Notes: generated from the sequence alone by a model not told the origin. Positions 28,401 to 43,400 are shown, counted from the first letter of the stretch. The stretch: 64,000 nucleotides of DNA from Negaprion brevirostris (GCA_030324005.1 JARDVH010000115.1:72602439-72666438); one strand, 5' to 3'. Numbers and translations: made by a program.

Positions 28401-31400
28401 TTGTGTTCTGCCAGCTCTTGCAGGGAATTTGTGATTCTGACATGTGCCAGGCTGTATGTGAACAGGCTCTGGATCAGCATCCAGGGCTTGCTGCTTGCCA
28501 CTTTCTAGCTGATTACCTTACCACGCACTTTCACAAGAATCTGTCTGCTGCACGCCATCATGAAATTCAGTCCATGCGCATTGGATCAAAGGTAAGGAAG
28601 AGTCAGTATCTCTTGTCCACTAGTCCTTCACGTTATCAGCAGGTCCATACTAGTGTTTTACATTTGTAGTTGTAAAGTATCTTCTAGTTTCCTCATGGAA
28701 TATTGACAACTACAGTTTTGTTTAACTTCGAGAAGGCCTAAATGTAGTAGTAATAATTCCGTATTACAGTGATATGAATGTCCTGCATATTTAATTTTGA
28801 TTGTGACTGCAAGGAAAGTGGTGTGTTTGATAGGAAAATTGTTTGCCTCTGGGAGTTGCACAGAATGAATTTTCTGGCAGCGAGCTTGAATTTTGTTTTC
28901 TTGTTGATGGAACGATATGAGCTACAAATATGAAGCTGTGGTACCATAATGAAGTATATAAGCATTAGCTTTCACTACCATAGTGTGTTGTTACAAACAT
29001 ATCAACTGCTGCTGCACTCCACTTTGACAGTGTGATCTACTTACGTGAGCTTTGTTTAAAGTTGAGTTAATGATACGAGTTCTTGAGTTGAAGTCGTAAA
29101 GGGTCAAGGATTTTTTTTTGCTGTGCTCATCAGTTTTCCTGTGCAATAATCCTTTGATTTTTTTTTTCTTTGGCAGCTTTTACTAACTCTGCCAGAATCA
29201 NNNNNNNNNNNNNNNNNNNNNNNNNNNNNNNNNNNNNNNNNNNNNNNNNNNNNNNNNNNNNNNNNNNNNNNNNNNNNNNNNNNNNNNNNNNNNNNNNNNN
29301 AGCTTTTACTAACTCTGCCAGAATCAGCACGTGACGTCTATTCACATCTGTCATCAAACCCACTGCTGATGCTGGAGCAGCTACTCATGAATATGAAAGT
29401 AGATTGGGCATCAGTGGCTGTCCAGACACTTCATCGGTTGCTTATGGGACAGGAAGCTGGTTTTGCCATTGAAGATATTGATTGTCTACTTTCTAAATAT
29501 GCAACAAAGGCTCTTGAAGTTCCATACGCTGTGCGGGAGAAGGCACGATCAGGTAACAAGTTTTTTTCCTGCTTTTATTTCTATGCGAAGCATAATTTGT
29601 TTTAATTTATATTGGACCACCATTGAAGCTGTAATCATAGAATCCCTACAGTGCAGATGGAGGCCATTCGGCCCTTCGAGTGTGTACTGACCAAATTGTC
29701 ACCCAGGCCCCAACCCCATAAACCCCATGTATTTACCCTAGTTCATCCCCCTGACAGTAAGGGGCAATTTAGCATGGCCAATCCACCTAACCCGTACATC
29801 TTTGGACTGTGGGAGGAAATCAGAGCACCCAGAGGGAACACACACTGACACGGGGAGAATGTGCAAACTCCACACAGACGGTGACCCAAGCCAGAATCAA
29901 ATCCGGGTCCCTGGCGCTGTGAGGCAGCACTGCTAACTACTGTGTCACCATTATTGCTCTTAAATTTAGGCCAATTATAAAAAGCTGCTTGGAGGAGTGA
30001 GTTACTTGTGAGACTTTATGGTGATATTTATTGTTTGATCAGAAACCTTTGCAAAATCTCTTGCTATGTTACAGAATCTATTTTTGACAGGTCTATAGTT
30101 CCTGTCTCATAATTGCCTCTCTGTCTCATTTCAACTTCATATTATGTTCCATATTTGGGTTGCACATCTAATGCGACTGGGAAAAATTACTTTCTATCCT
30201 TAGTGAGCTGAAGAAACAATTTTTCACTGTTATATCAGTGGCTTTTCCTTTATGATTACCCATACTCTATTGGACAAGGGTTTTTTTGATCATGACAAAT
30301 TGTATTTTTTTTGCAATGAACTTCCTCAAGTCAATCTTTGCTTTTGATTAAGTTAATTTTGTGGAATCTAAATAAATGAAAGCTTCGCATCAGTGTTGTT
30401 TCTTCCACAGACATAAGAGTTAACCTTTTTCAACAAGTTCACCGTGAACTTACTAAAATTTAAATTAAATGTATAGTTTGTTGCAGAGTACCAGCAGGGT
30501 TATACCTACACACCCGCTGGAGTTTGCTCTGTAACTTGGGAATACCTGTACATATGTATACATGCTCACAAAAAACTGGAGTGCCTAGTGTATGACTTCC
30601 TTTGTTTGATTGCAGACCCTGAAATCTAATGGCTTGCGCGTTAGAATGTTAATGGATGCTGTCACATTTGCACACCTTTTTGGAGTTCTAGGTCTCCTCT
30701 ACCTGTTGTTCTAGGATTTGGTGAAATGTGATCTGCCTTGACTTTATTGCTCGGTGGATATAAAAGCCTGCCAATACTCTTATGTCAAAGCTAAATCAAA
30801 TTACTTGGCTAATAACATGTTCAGGTACCACCGCCACTTCGCTTCCACCCCTTTTGGAATTTATCTCATTGTAAATTGAAAACCACTGTTCTTTTAGCTC
30901 ATGTGTATCAAAGACTGAGCTGATAATTTTTTTAAGTTGGCTACATGACATTAATTTTAAACTTGTACAATGTTGTTTTGTGCCCTTCTGTCTAGATTCT
31001 GTAATCAATCTACAAGATTTGCTCACTCAAAGTGCGGGACCAGAGAATTTTGCCTTGTCGCCAAACATTGAGCGAACACCAAGTATGTCTTCTGGTAAGG
31101 GAAATTTTATAAACCCGTAGAGATTTACGGTGGAGGAGGAGATAATTTGGTCTATGGTGGCATCTGTGGCAGCTCTTGTTTAGAGCAGTTAGTTCAGAGT
31201 TCATCTCACTGCCCTGCTGTCCCCCAAAACCATACATCTATCTCTCTTTCAAATGATTTCGCAGCTTTCATTTGGGGAAAACAAAAGGTGGAATCTAGAT
31301 CAATGATTATCAAATCAAATAGAACGGTGCTTGTAAAACCAACTGACATATCCTAAAATGAAAAATAATGTTTATATTTCATTTCACCTCAGATTAACAG

Positions 31401-34400
31401 AGAATGTACAGATTTATGTGATAATCCTGCACACCTTGAGTTACTCTGCCCTACGTTTTGCAAAGGATACTTTGGGTGTTAGACACAGAATGCAGGAATA
31501 TAATATAAATAGTAAATTTGTATTCCACATTGAACTATTACTCCACAATTTTTGGGTTTCCCACAATGAGATTGATTTAAAAAAAATATTCATCAGGCCA
31601 ATACCAGACATGGGAAATGGCAATTATGAAGATGCTGAGACAAGAGTAGGGAAGAAAAGGGGAAATTTAAGAGATTTTTCAAACCCAGGATGAGGAGTAT
31701 AATTGGAAAAACATTATGGTTTACCTTCTCTGAGTATTTGTGTACTTACATTTTGCAAGGAGTTGGGGTGTTTGGTATCAATATCAGCCAGTTTTGCATT
31801 GCCCTGAATTCAGAGAATGGTGTCTGAGAGTTGGCAGAGAAAAGACATTTAAACCTTCTCATCTGTGTTTGAACTCTGACCCCACAGATTGAAATAAGTG
31901 TTCTAATTTGCTAGATGTTCGTCTAATTTATTTGCTTTGCTTGAAATGCATTTGTAGACAAGTAGTTATTGTGAGACACTGACTTTTAAAAATTAGTCAA
32001 TACGACCTGATTTTGTAAAGATGAGACTTGAATTCTGCCCTAAAACTACAGTAAGAAGTCTCGCAGCACCAGGTGAAAGTCCAACAGGTTTGTTTGGAAT
32101 CATGAGCTGTTGGGGCACTGCTCCTTCATCAGATGATTCCAAATAAGCCTGTTGGACTTTAACCCGGTGTTGTGAGATTTCTTACTGTGCCCACCTTAGT
32201 GCAATGCCAGCATCTCCACATCATGATCTACAGCTATACTATCCACTGAACACTATTTGATTTTGGTTCAGTTCTAAATCTGTGTGTTTCTGATTTGCAG
32301 TTAGCTCCTCTCTCCAAGGACCAGCTACCCCTCGAGAAGGATCCCTTCGAAGGTCGAAATCAATCAGTGAATTTGTTCCTCCTGAAACCCCACCCAATAA
32401 GAAAGACTGGGTTCCTGATGATAAGGCATTGTTTTGCATGGTCTGTTGGAAAGAGAGGTTTACCATGGTAAGGAAAAATATTAACCAAAACATCCATCAC
32501 ATCTTCCAACCACCTATTTTGTTCTCACTCAGTGGTTTCAGTGAACTGATAGAATAGAATTCGAAACGGGCTCCTTGCACTCTACCCTGTGTTAGCCTCT
32601 GGCAGCTTGCTACTTTCAAACTTATTGGGCAAAAGGAGATCAATGTTGAAAAGAATTACATCCATGTCCAGAAGACTAGCAAATTATGTTACCATCCACC
32701 TTTGAAGCCATTTATACCATTTATCTTTGGACATGCAGGCGCAAGCAGTTGGCAACAAGTGTGCACGAAGTTATTTAGAATCATAGAATCCTTACAGTGT
32801 AAAAGATGACCATAAGTCCATTAAATCTACATTGATTCTCCCACAGAGCATCTTACCCAAACCCATCCCAGCCTCACGTTAGAATGTAACCAGCGACAAC
32901 TTTGTATTGGATGTAATGTGACCAATAGTAACAAGCTGTAAGAGTCAGCTGACCCAGTAAATCATGGAACCAATTACAGAATGACATGAAGATCAGTTGA
33001 CTCACTATCAATAAAAACCTCTTTATAAATAAGAACCGGATTGGCCCAGGGCAAGACCCCAAGTTTGGAGTAAAGAAGTTTCTTTATTAAATCCTTTTAT
33101 TTATAAGTTATGTTGTATTTTTATTGTCTGCATTTGAAGGGTTCCTTCTGAAAAAGCACCCATTCCCTTAACCCTGCATATTTACCTTACTAATTCCCCC
33201 AACCTACTCACCTTGGGATACTAGGGGGTAATTTAGCATGGCCAATCCCCCTAATCTGCACATCTTTGGACTGTGGATGGGAACTGGAGCACCCAGAAGA
33301 AACTGATGCAGACCTGGGGAGGTCTTGCAAATTTGCTAAATCATTTTGTCTTTATGGATCTGGGGAAAATAGCACTTTTGTCATTTTCACAGTGACAAAG
33401 CAGCTAATCCCTGAATTTGTTTCCACAAACAGCGTTGCAGACAATTGTAAGCAAGCTCTGCAATGGTCTTCCAACATTCCATCACAATTCCACTGTATTA
33501 TAGGCCTTGTACTACTTCAATCCTCGTTCTTCCTCTTTTCTTAATTTTAAAGTGTCAACTGGGATCCACAACTTGGTGAAAAATACTTACCTAAAATGGT
33601 TACAAGTGCTCATTGAGCATATAAAAGGAATATGTGATTGTCCAGATCAATTGTTTGAGCCCTATTTCCTTAAAAGCCCCAAAAGTTTTTGCTTAAATGT
33701 GACTTTTATGAAATGATTGAGACTTTCCTCGCAGACGGAGAAAACAATAGTTTAGCAAAGCCAGCTGAAGAGCACAATAAATATAATAGCAGTTGGTCCT
33801 GATTAATGTCTGACTGGAGGGACTATAAAATAAAATAGCTTTCAGAGAGTGTGAGTGTCTGTTTTACTGCCATCAATAAAACACATTTCTGCAATATTGA
33901 TTAAAACAGTCCAATACCTGGATATTCATTCCTTGTACAGTAATTCATGTGGTGAACAGCAACTAATTTACATCAACTACTGTTCTCCAATACTGAAGTG
34001 CATATTGGATGATAGTGTCAGTTAAAAGAAATGAAGGGAGGAGTTTGTAACTAATTATCTGGTGTTTTAACTAGGGAGAAACAAAATCTCACTGTTAATG
34101 TTGTCTTGCTTTTTAAAAGCAGATGGCATGGTGGCACAGTGGTTAACACTGTTGCCTCACAGCGCCAAAGACCTGGATTTGATTCCTGGCTTGGGTCGCT
34201 ATCTGTGTGGAGTTTGTACATTCTCCCCCTGCCTGTATGGGTTTCCCCTGGGTGCTCCGGTTTCTTTCTACAGTCCAAAGATGTGCAGGTTAGGTGAATT
34301 GGCCATGATAAATTCTCCCTCGGTGTACTCAAACAGGTACCGGAGTGTGGCGTCTAGGGGATTTTCACAGTCACTTCATTGCATTATTAATGTCAGCCTA

Positions 34401-37400
34401 CTTGTGACTAATAAATAAACTTTTTTCAATAAACTAAGGGTGAACTTGTGTTGTACTTTTGAAGTTTTTGCGTTTTATTTTCATTCATTTTATATTTTTC
34501 CAGAAGTGGTTTACATTCTGAGCAGAATTTTATAGATCCCATCTGTACCATGCAAGGCCAACCCATACTACTTTCCTCGTCCTCGTCCTCCCTTCCCACC
34601 CCCCGACTTGTCTGAAATTTTGGAGTTGGGGGAGTGAGGCCTAAGCTGGTCAGCTGACCCTCGCCCCCATTGATACTCAGAAGAGGACGATTTTTGCCCG
34701 TTTAATGGCTGCTTCTCATTCCACACAACTGAGTCCAACAAGATGATAGGGGAGAGTGCAGAAGCGGCTTCCTTTTCTGACTACTCTCACTCCTGTCCCC
34801 AGTGCTTCCAACCTCTCTCCTGCCATCCCCACCTCAAACCAGGCCTTTCCACCCAGTGTGGCTGACTCTTAAATGACCTAGCACACCACTCAGTTCAAGG
34901 TCAATACATTTTACTTCCTTAAGCCCAAAAACTTGTCAGTAAAAGTAGCACATAGCAGATGAAAACAGAGGTTCATGGTTCGTAGCCTGTGCTGAGTTAC
35001 TCAGTTTCTGCCAGGTTGTTATTTCTTAGTCACAAGTAAGGCTTACATTAACACTGCAGTGAAGTTCCTGTGAAATTTATCATCTTAGAGTGGGAAAAAT
35101 CAGCCATTGCAGGTAATTATAAAGCAGCGGCCACAAAAGTACACGTGAAGGAATTGGGACGGGATTAGGATGGCAGCTGTCTCCTGTCTCCAGTGATAGA
35201 ATTGTTTGCTAATATTCAGGATCTGGGTTCACGCACCATAAAGAATGAACTCTGAGACCAGCATACTAGAGGGCCTCCAGGAGATCTGTGGAGCCCAACT
35301 AGCCTTGAGGAGTGCTCTAAACTAACCATGGTGAATTTTGTAAGCATTTTTCATTAGTCTTCAGGACCTTAATACAGTGTTGTTTCAGTCATTGTACCGT
35401 ACGTGAATATTTAACTTTCTTTCTTGACTAGTTCAATCGACGGCATCACTGCAGACGCTGTGGACGTGTCGTTTGCCAGTCTTGTTCAACAAACAATATG
35501 GTGGTTGAGAACTGCAGGGAGAGCCCAGCGCGAGTTTGTGACCAATGTTACAGTTATTATCATATAAAGTAAGTCTTGCCTCAGCTGTAGTCATGATTTC
35601 ACATGTAATGTCAACAATGTGAGGAGCAACAGAGTAATAACTACAGGCAGCCCTCGGACTTGGGACACAATTGGTTTCTGAAGACTGCATCATAATGTAG
35701 CAAATGGGAATCGTTTTTCTCATAGGAAGGATGGGGATTGGTCCTTGGACCAAGGTGTGATACTATACTTTCACTGAATACTGAAAGGTTTGAGATCTTG
35801 CTTCAGTACAATTACAGTTGTATATTTTCCATGATATAATAGCGTCTATACTTTCAGAAATACTTCTATCTTGTGTCTGAGAAGCAATTTACCCTTCTGG
35901 AGGTTGTGAAAGATGGAACATAAAGAAACACAACAGGTGATAAAGACCANNNNNNNNNNNNNNNNNNNNNNNNNNNNNNNNNNNNNNNNNNNNNNNNNNN
36001 NNNNNNNNNNNNNNNNNNNNNNNNNNNNNNNNNNNNNNNNNNNNNNNNNNNNNNNNNNNNNNNNNNNNNNNNNNNNNNNNNNNNNNNNNNACAGGCCTTT
36101 CTTTATTTATTAGTGTCACAAGTAGACTTGCATTAACACTGCAATGAAGTTATTGTGAAAATCCCCATGTTGCCACACTCTGGTGCCTGTTCAGCTACAC
36201 TGAGGGAGAATTTAGCATGGGCAATGCACCTAACCAGCATGTCTTTTGGACTGTGGGAGGAAACCAGAACAGCCGGAGGAAACCCACACAGACATGGGGA
36301 GAACATGCCGACTCCACAAAAGCCACCCACCCAAGCTGGGAATCAAACCCGGGTCCCTGGCGCTGTGAGGCAGCAGTGCTTAATCACTGTGCCGCCAATT
36401 TGGTGAAAATCAGTACTGCTCAAATGTTCCATGAAGGCATGATTAAATATTTCAGAAAACTTTTCAACTACTTTTGAGAATATTTCTAAAAGATTGAAAC
36501 ATTGTTTTCTGTGGCAGTACTGTAAGGCACTGTTTCACAGAATGGTGAGGCATGGATATGTAAATTAATTCTATGCATCCCTTGGTGAAGCATTAACATT
36601 GAAAAGAAAACTAATACTGCTTGTAGTATTTGTGTTTTTAAAGTGCACATTGTGGGCATTTCTGAGGTGAAATCTGCTGCACTTTTTTTGGTGTTTTTAT
36701 GATTCCTTCACCTTTTCCATGATTACAAATGCTTGTTGCATCTACTGCAATAGACATGTTGGGTTAGTGGTTCTCAAATGGATTTTTAAATGGATTAGTA
36801 ATCCCCTCCCCCCCTGGCCCCCCATAACAATTATAATGCTTACAAATTTCTTGCACGTTTACTTTCCTGAATACAAAGTTCATCAGTGATCTGTTAAAGA
36901 GACTGGCATGAAATTTTGCCAGGGTGGTTTGATATAGTAAACGCAAAATATTGTGATGCTGGAAAATCTCAGCAGATGTGACAGCATCTGTGGAGAGAGA
37001 ATCGAGCTAACATTTTGAGTCAGGATGACCCTTCGTCACAATGGTCACCCAGACTCAAAATGTTAGCTCTATTGTCTACACAGATGCTATCAGATCTGCT
37101 GAGATTTTCCAACATTTTTCTNNNNNNNNNNNNNNNNNNNNNNNNNNNNNNNNNNNNNNNNNNNNNNNNNNNNNNNNNNNNNNNNNNNNNNNNNNNNNNN
37201 NNNNNNNNNNNNNNNNNNNNNNNNNNNNNNNNNNNNNNNNNNNNNNNNNNNNNNNCCACTTGGTGGCACAGTGATTAGCACTGCTGTCTCACAACACCAG
37301 GGATCCGGGTTCGATTCCTAGCCTGGGTCACTGTCTGTGTGGATTTTACACATTCTCCCTGTGTCTGCGTGAGTTTCCTCCGGTTCCCTCCCACAGTCCA

Positions 37401-40400
37401 AAGACGTGTGCTGATTAGGTGCAATGGCCATGCTAAACTTTCCTTTTGTGTACCTGAACAGGCGCTGGAGCATGGTGACTAGGGGATTTTCACAGTGACC
37501 TTCATTGCAGTGTTAATGTAAGCCTGCTTGTGACACTAATAAATAAACTCTTTTACTTTATAAATTCTTGTATCTGTATTTGATTTGCCACAGTACCACA
37601 ACTGATAGGGGTGTGCAATTAAAGCATGATTTCCCTCCCTTGCGATAGTTCAGAGATACCATTCAGCGGTGCTGAAGGAAAGATTTAGGGGTCTGACTGT
37701 ACCATGGTTTAAACCTGTAAATAGCACAAACTGGAGATTGAACCTTGACTCTACTACTTTGGCTCAGTGCTACACTCCATGGTTTATTTACTCCCCAGTC
37801 AGTAGAAAATGCTTCTTGTACAACAGTTTGCCAATGAAAGTAAATTTCCACTTAAGGCATGGGGTTCCTTTTGGAACTATTCCTTGGAAACCAGTGGAGA
37901 TTGGTACATTTGAGAGAAAATTGTTTTTCTTTGTTGATGAATATAATTCAAAAGAAAGATGGTATTTTTCAGGCTTTTCTGCAAACTTAGCTTATTTACA
38001 AAATGAATAAATTATGCATTTCTAAATGATGTAGTGTACCACTTTAATTGTACTGTCTATAGAAAGTGTCTTGCAATTTATCAGTTATTCTATATGAATA
38101 CAGGTGTAATATCCAATATCTGGCTGACTGAAAACCATTGTGACACTAATGAATCAACTCTCTTATTTTATAAATTCCTGTTTTTGAAATGGTGTGTTAG
38201 TCCAGTTTCAGGGGCTCTCAATTTTAGGCACTGTACAGATTGGGCATGAAAAATCTGAAATCCAGCATGGTCGTGGTCTTGAATGTGCCAGATTTTGGAC
38301 ATTGTACTTCTATAGATTATTTTATGATTTTTGTTCACTCTGTTTATTTTTATTTCCTATAGTGAAAAAGAACAACTCGATCAAGGAGAAGGTGAGAACA
38401 GCTAGGTGATAGTTTGTGTAAATGTTCTGATTTGTTTTCCTAACTAAATGATCAATGTTGGCCATTCTATTTCTGTGTAATAGATCCCATAAGTTGTGAG
38501 AGTGGGTCAGATCTTGCTATAGCACTCCAGATGCCGCGGATGTCAGAAACACAATGGAACCTGACTCTGAACGAAGATGAGAATGAAAATGAGCGCTGTG
38601 AGTTTTTCTATGAGCAGGTGAGAGATATAAACCCATTGACTTGGTCTTGGACCTTTCTTACACTTATTGCAGGAATGCCTGACAGTAACAAATTCAATTA
38701 GATGCAGTTTCTGAAATATGAATCTCAGGTGCGATTTGCAACCATAGAAAATGTTGCTGTTTCAAAAGAAAAACAACACTTGTGTTTTCAGACAGTGCCT
38801 TTAAGAACTTCAGAAGGACTTAGACAAAGTGTTGGAGTAGGCAGATAGAGGTTCGAATTGGAGATGCGTTTTGGTAGGAAGAACATGGAAAGACAATAGA
38901 AAAATAAGGGGTAGTATAATTAAGGGGTGCAGGAGCAGAAAGACCTGGGTGTATTTGTGCACGGATCATTGAAGGTGGCAGGGCAGGTGGAGAGAGCAGT
39001 TAATAAAACATTTAGTATTCTGAGCTTTATTAACAGGGGCATAGAGTTCAAGAGTAAAGAGGTTGTGTTGAGCTTATCCAAGATACTAGTTAGACCTCAG
39101 CTGGAGTATTGTGTACAGCTTGGGACACCACACTATAAGAAGGATGCGAACCCATTGGAGAGAGTGCAGGAGGTTTGCAAGAAAGGTTCCAGGGATGAGA
39201 AACTTCATCATGAGAATAGATTGGAGAGGCTGGGACTGTTCTTGGAGAGAAGGCAGCTTAGAGGGGTTGTGATTGAGATGCTCAAAATCATGAGGGGGCT
39301 GGACTAGGGAGAAACTGTTACTGCTTGTACAAGAACGAGAAGGCACAGATTTAAAGTGATTTGCAGTAGAAGCAAATGTGATGTGAGAAAAAATCTTTTT
39401 CACACTAAATGGTTTGGGTCAGAAATGCCCTGTCTGGATGTGTGATGGAGGCAGGTTCAATCACGGCGTTTAAGAGAGCATTAGATGATTACTTGATGTT
39501 CAGGGGTATGCAGGAAAGGCAGGGGAATAGCACTAAATCATGTTCGTTTGGAGAGCTGATGCGGACACGATGGGCCAAATGATCTCCTGCATTGTAACAA
39601 TTCTGTGATATATGATGTGTGTTGCAGGATGGGTAGGAAGGTAAATGGGACAGCAGGCAGTACACCACAATTGTTTTGAATGTCCGTGAGCTAGCATGGG
39701 ATATAATTGTTCCAAGATTTCTTTTCCTGGTTACTGTTTGCGATCTTTCCTCAAAAACCCTACTAGGTAGTGAGGAGCCACGGGTAATAGGAGCTGAAGG
39801 ACAAGCTATTTTGAAAACTGCTTTCACTTCGTTGCAGCTTCTTTTGGACAGGGTGCAGGAAATGCTTGGAAGCAAGTTGTCTTTGAAGAATGGTAGGAAA
39901 CCTGTAGAAATGAGGGCACTGAATAAAAATATATAAACTTGTTTCACAGGCTCCCAGTGCCTCCTTGTGCATTGCCATCCTGAATCTGCACAGTAACAGT
40001 ATGGTGTGTGGACATCAGCTGATAGATCACTGCAGCAGACTGTCTCGAGCATTAACAAATCCAGAAGTTGATTCCTGTCTTTTAATGGATATCATGAAGC
40101 AACTTCTCTTCAGTGCAAAAATGATGTTCGTCAAAGCGGGAAGGAGCCAAGACCTGGCCCTTTGTGACAGGTGAGTCACATTTTATGTTTGGAAATTCTT
40201 CCTTGAGAGCTGGAATTTTCTTTGCTTACGGTGTTAAACTGAATCTGCAGCTTGCTGTGACTTATCCACAGTTCTTCACACACTCATGGATTCCATGATG
40301 CAATGTAATCTCCATAGTGCAGAAGAATGCCATTCAGCCCATTGTGTCTACACTGACAACAGTGCCACCTAGGCCCTATCCCTGCAACCCACATACTTAC

Positions 40401-43400
40401 CCCACTAATTCCTCTAACCTACACATCGTGGGACACTAAAGGGCAATTTAGCCTGGCCAGTGCACCTAACCTGCACATCTGTAGACTGTGGGAGGAAGCA
40501 GGATCACCCAGAGGAAACCCAGGGCAACACTGAGAGAATGTCTATGTGGAGTTTGCACAATGACCAACCCAGATCCCTGGAGTTGAGGCAGCAGTGCTAA
40601 CCACTGTGCCACTTGCTAACATTTGTTGTGAATTTGGTTGCCACCGCCCCCTGCCATCCCCAAGCTGCTCAATAAGCTCATAGTGCCATTGAGCTTTTTT
40701 TTAACCAGGAAGCCCCAGATTTATGGACAGTGAGGTGGATGTTAAAATAGATAATGCTGGAAATAGGTAGCAGCTGTGGAGAGAGAAACGGAGTTAACGT
40801 TTCAGGCTGATAATGTTTCATTGGATCCATTGACCTGAAATATTTACTGTTTTTCTCGGTGGGTGCTGCCCAACCTGCAGAATATTTCTGGCACCTTTTT
40901 GTTTTGATTTTGGATTCCAGCGTTGGCTTTTGAGGGTGTTGTTTGGTGATTCCTGGGAAAACAAGAGAGGAAAAATGAACCCATCTTGGAAAAATGTGAA
41001 TGTTAAATGAGGGCAGACTGTTGATTATATCAAATGTAGTTGCTACTCTAGACCACATTTGGATGTGCAGAATCGCCATTTATTGCAAGGCTGCTGCTGC
41101 TGCCAGCACCATTCTTGGATCCTATAACTTGTAGGCATCAAGGGACTAAATGAGTAGTGAAAGCCTTGTGCATTGGTGGTATTGAATTCTGCTGCAAGCA
41201 AGCATCACCAGTTTTGGTCTCCTCTGCTGTACTGTACTGTTCAACAAAATCAGCACCAAATGAATCTAACTTTAAGCTATGTTCTATTTTGAATGTGAAG
41301 CACAGTGCAAACGTTGACTCAATCCTTATTCACTTTCAGCCTTTGCTCAGATCACCTTGTAACTTGCTATTAATGAGCAACTCATGCATAATACGTTTTT
41401 CAATCTGCTCACTCCCCATAAACTCATTGCATTTTACAGTCAGGTTTCTGGGTCACCTTCAAGCGGGAATAATTTGCGTAATCATAAACTCTGATGGTGA
41501 TAGTAAACGATTCTTATTTATGCCCAAATAAGTTCTTGTCATTCTGGAAATGTATCTGAATTCTGCTTCAGGGTGTATTGTGAGTAGAAGTTTATCTTAT
41601 TCGTGATATAACCAACAATAGCAGTGTAAATGTTAACATGACAAGTGCTGGTCTGTTTCGAAATTGCATACTGTATTCAGTTCAGTGGTAACCGAATAAA
41701 ATGTAGTTGATAGAATTCCTACAGTGCAGAGGAGGCCATTCAGCCCATTGATCCTGCACTAATGACAATTCCACCCAGGCCCTATCTCAGTTACCCGCTG
41801 TTAATCCCCCTGACACTAAGGGACAATTTACCATGGCTCATCCACTTAACTGGCATATCTTTGGACTGTGGATGGAAACCGGAGCACCCAGAGGAAACCG
41901 ATGCAGACACAGGGAGAATGTACAGACTGCGCACAGACAGTGACCTGAAGCCAGAATTGAACCTGGGTTGCTGGTGCTGTGAGGCGGTAACACTAACCAC
42001 TGTGCTACCATGCTGCTCTTTGATGGATAAAGCTTGGACTTAAGTAACACTTTACCATGTTCTCAGGTTCCTCAGAGTTCCACAACCAATTAATTACTTT
42101 TAAAGTGGGCTCACTTTTGTTTCCCTACATTACAATAATGACTGACTTCAAAAACAGGTCATTGTTCTTGAAGCCCTGGAGGAATTGACGCAATATAAAT
42201 AGAATTTTATTTCAGTTGCATTTTGTCCATGTACTTGCAAAGTGGTAGCAACAGGCATGTTGTGAACCTCAGTCTCTTAACGTTGTGCCTCAAAACTCGA
42301 TCACAGACTGTGTAGCCTGCTCCTGTGCAACATGGTGACCCTAAAGAGTTTGTCTAAGTGTTTGCTCCACTTGGAAGTGTGTAGAAAATCTCTGTGGCAT
42401 CTTGTGTCAATTTGTCACCTTAAGAGATATAGAAGTAAACAAGCTGTCCAACAAACTCAGGATTTCTTGTAGAAATATCCCTCTTAAGTTTAATTTTCTG
42501 CTTCCTGTCCCTTCGTGCAGCTATATCAGCAAGGTGGATGTGGTGAAGATTTTAGTTGCTGCTAATTATCAGGATGTGCCTTCTCTGGAACAAATCCTTA
42601 AGCCAGCAGCTATCACAAGACTGAGGAATAAGCTTTTGGAAACGGAATACTATGAACTGGCTGTTGAGGTTAGTCAAGATGTTTTGCTTTTTTTCGGTTG
42701 GAAATGAATTTAATATTTGATAAAGCTGTAACAGTTGTGGAGATTTCAAAGTGCTGGGAAATTGCCTCTCTGGACTATAAACTTCTTGCAGTGCTATTCA
42801 AAAACTCCACATTTAATTAATTATAGGAGAGTTGAAGCCACTATGGCTATATTACATCCATGCCTTTGTTACACATGGTCTTAAGGGGCAGAATTCTTCC
42901 AAAAAGATTCAAAGTGTTGAATTTGCGTAAAAGCTGGAATAAATCCCGCTGGTTTTTTCAAAATGAATTTTTCGCACTCACGCATCAGAGACCCTAGCTT
43001 GAATCATGCTATCAATCAGTGGGCAGGGTCTGTTCCTGCTGGAGAGGCCGGCAGCATAGTGCTGAGCGGGCCACTGTGCATACGCTGATCTGTACATGCG
43101 CAGTAGGCTGCATTGCTGGCCTCCCAATCTCTGGCCAGCTCCGTGACCTTGAGTCGCTGGCTGTGTGACTGCCCTCTGCTATTTGTGTCCTTATTCGGAT
43201 TAGTCTCAGAATCCAGAATACTTCTGACATTCAACCAGTTACTTAGCGATGCCCTGCGATGTCATTTTAGATGATTCTTTCAATTCCTGAATTGAGACTT
43301 GAGTCCACCATGTTATAACTGTAGGTTTAACATGCTGCCACTGAACGAACCACTTGATGGTACCCTAGGCTTTAAGCTATTAGGAAAATTTCAATTCAAC

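Noticed and set aside
39489-40058. 189-aa antisense ORF
   Set aside because: Spans the antisense of an exon, intron and CR1 tail; no recognisable homology.
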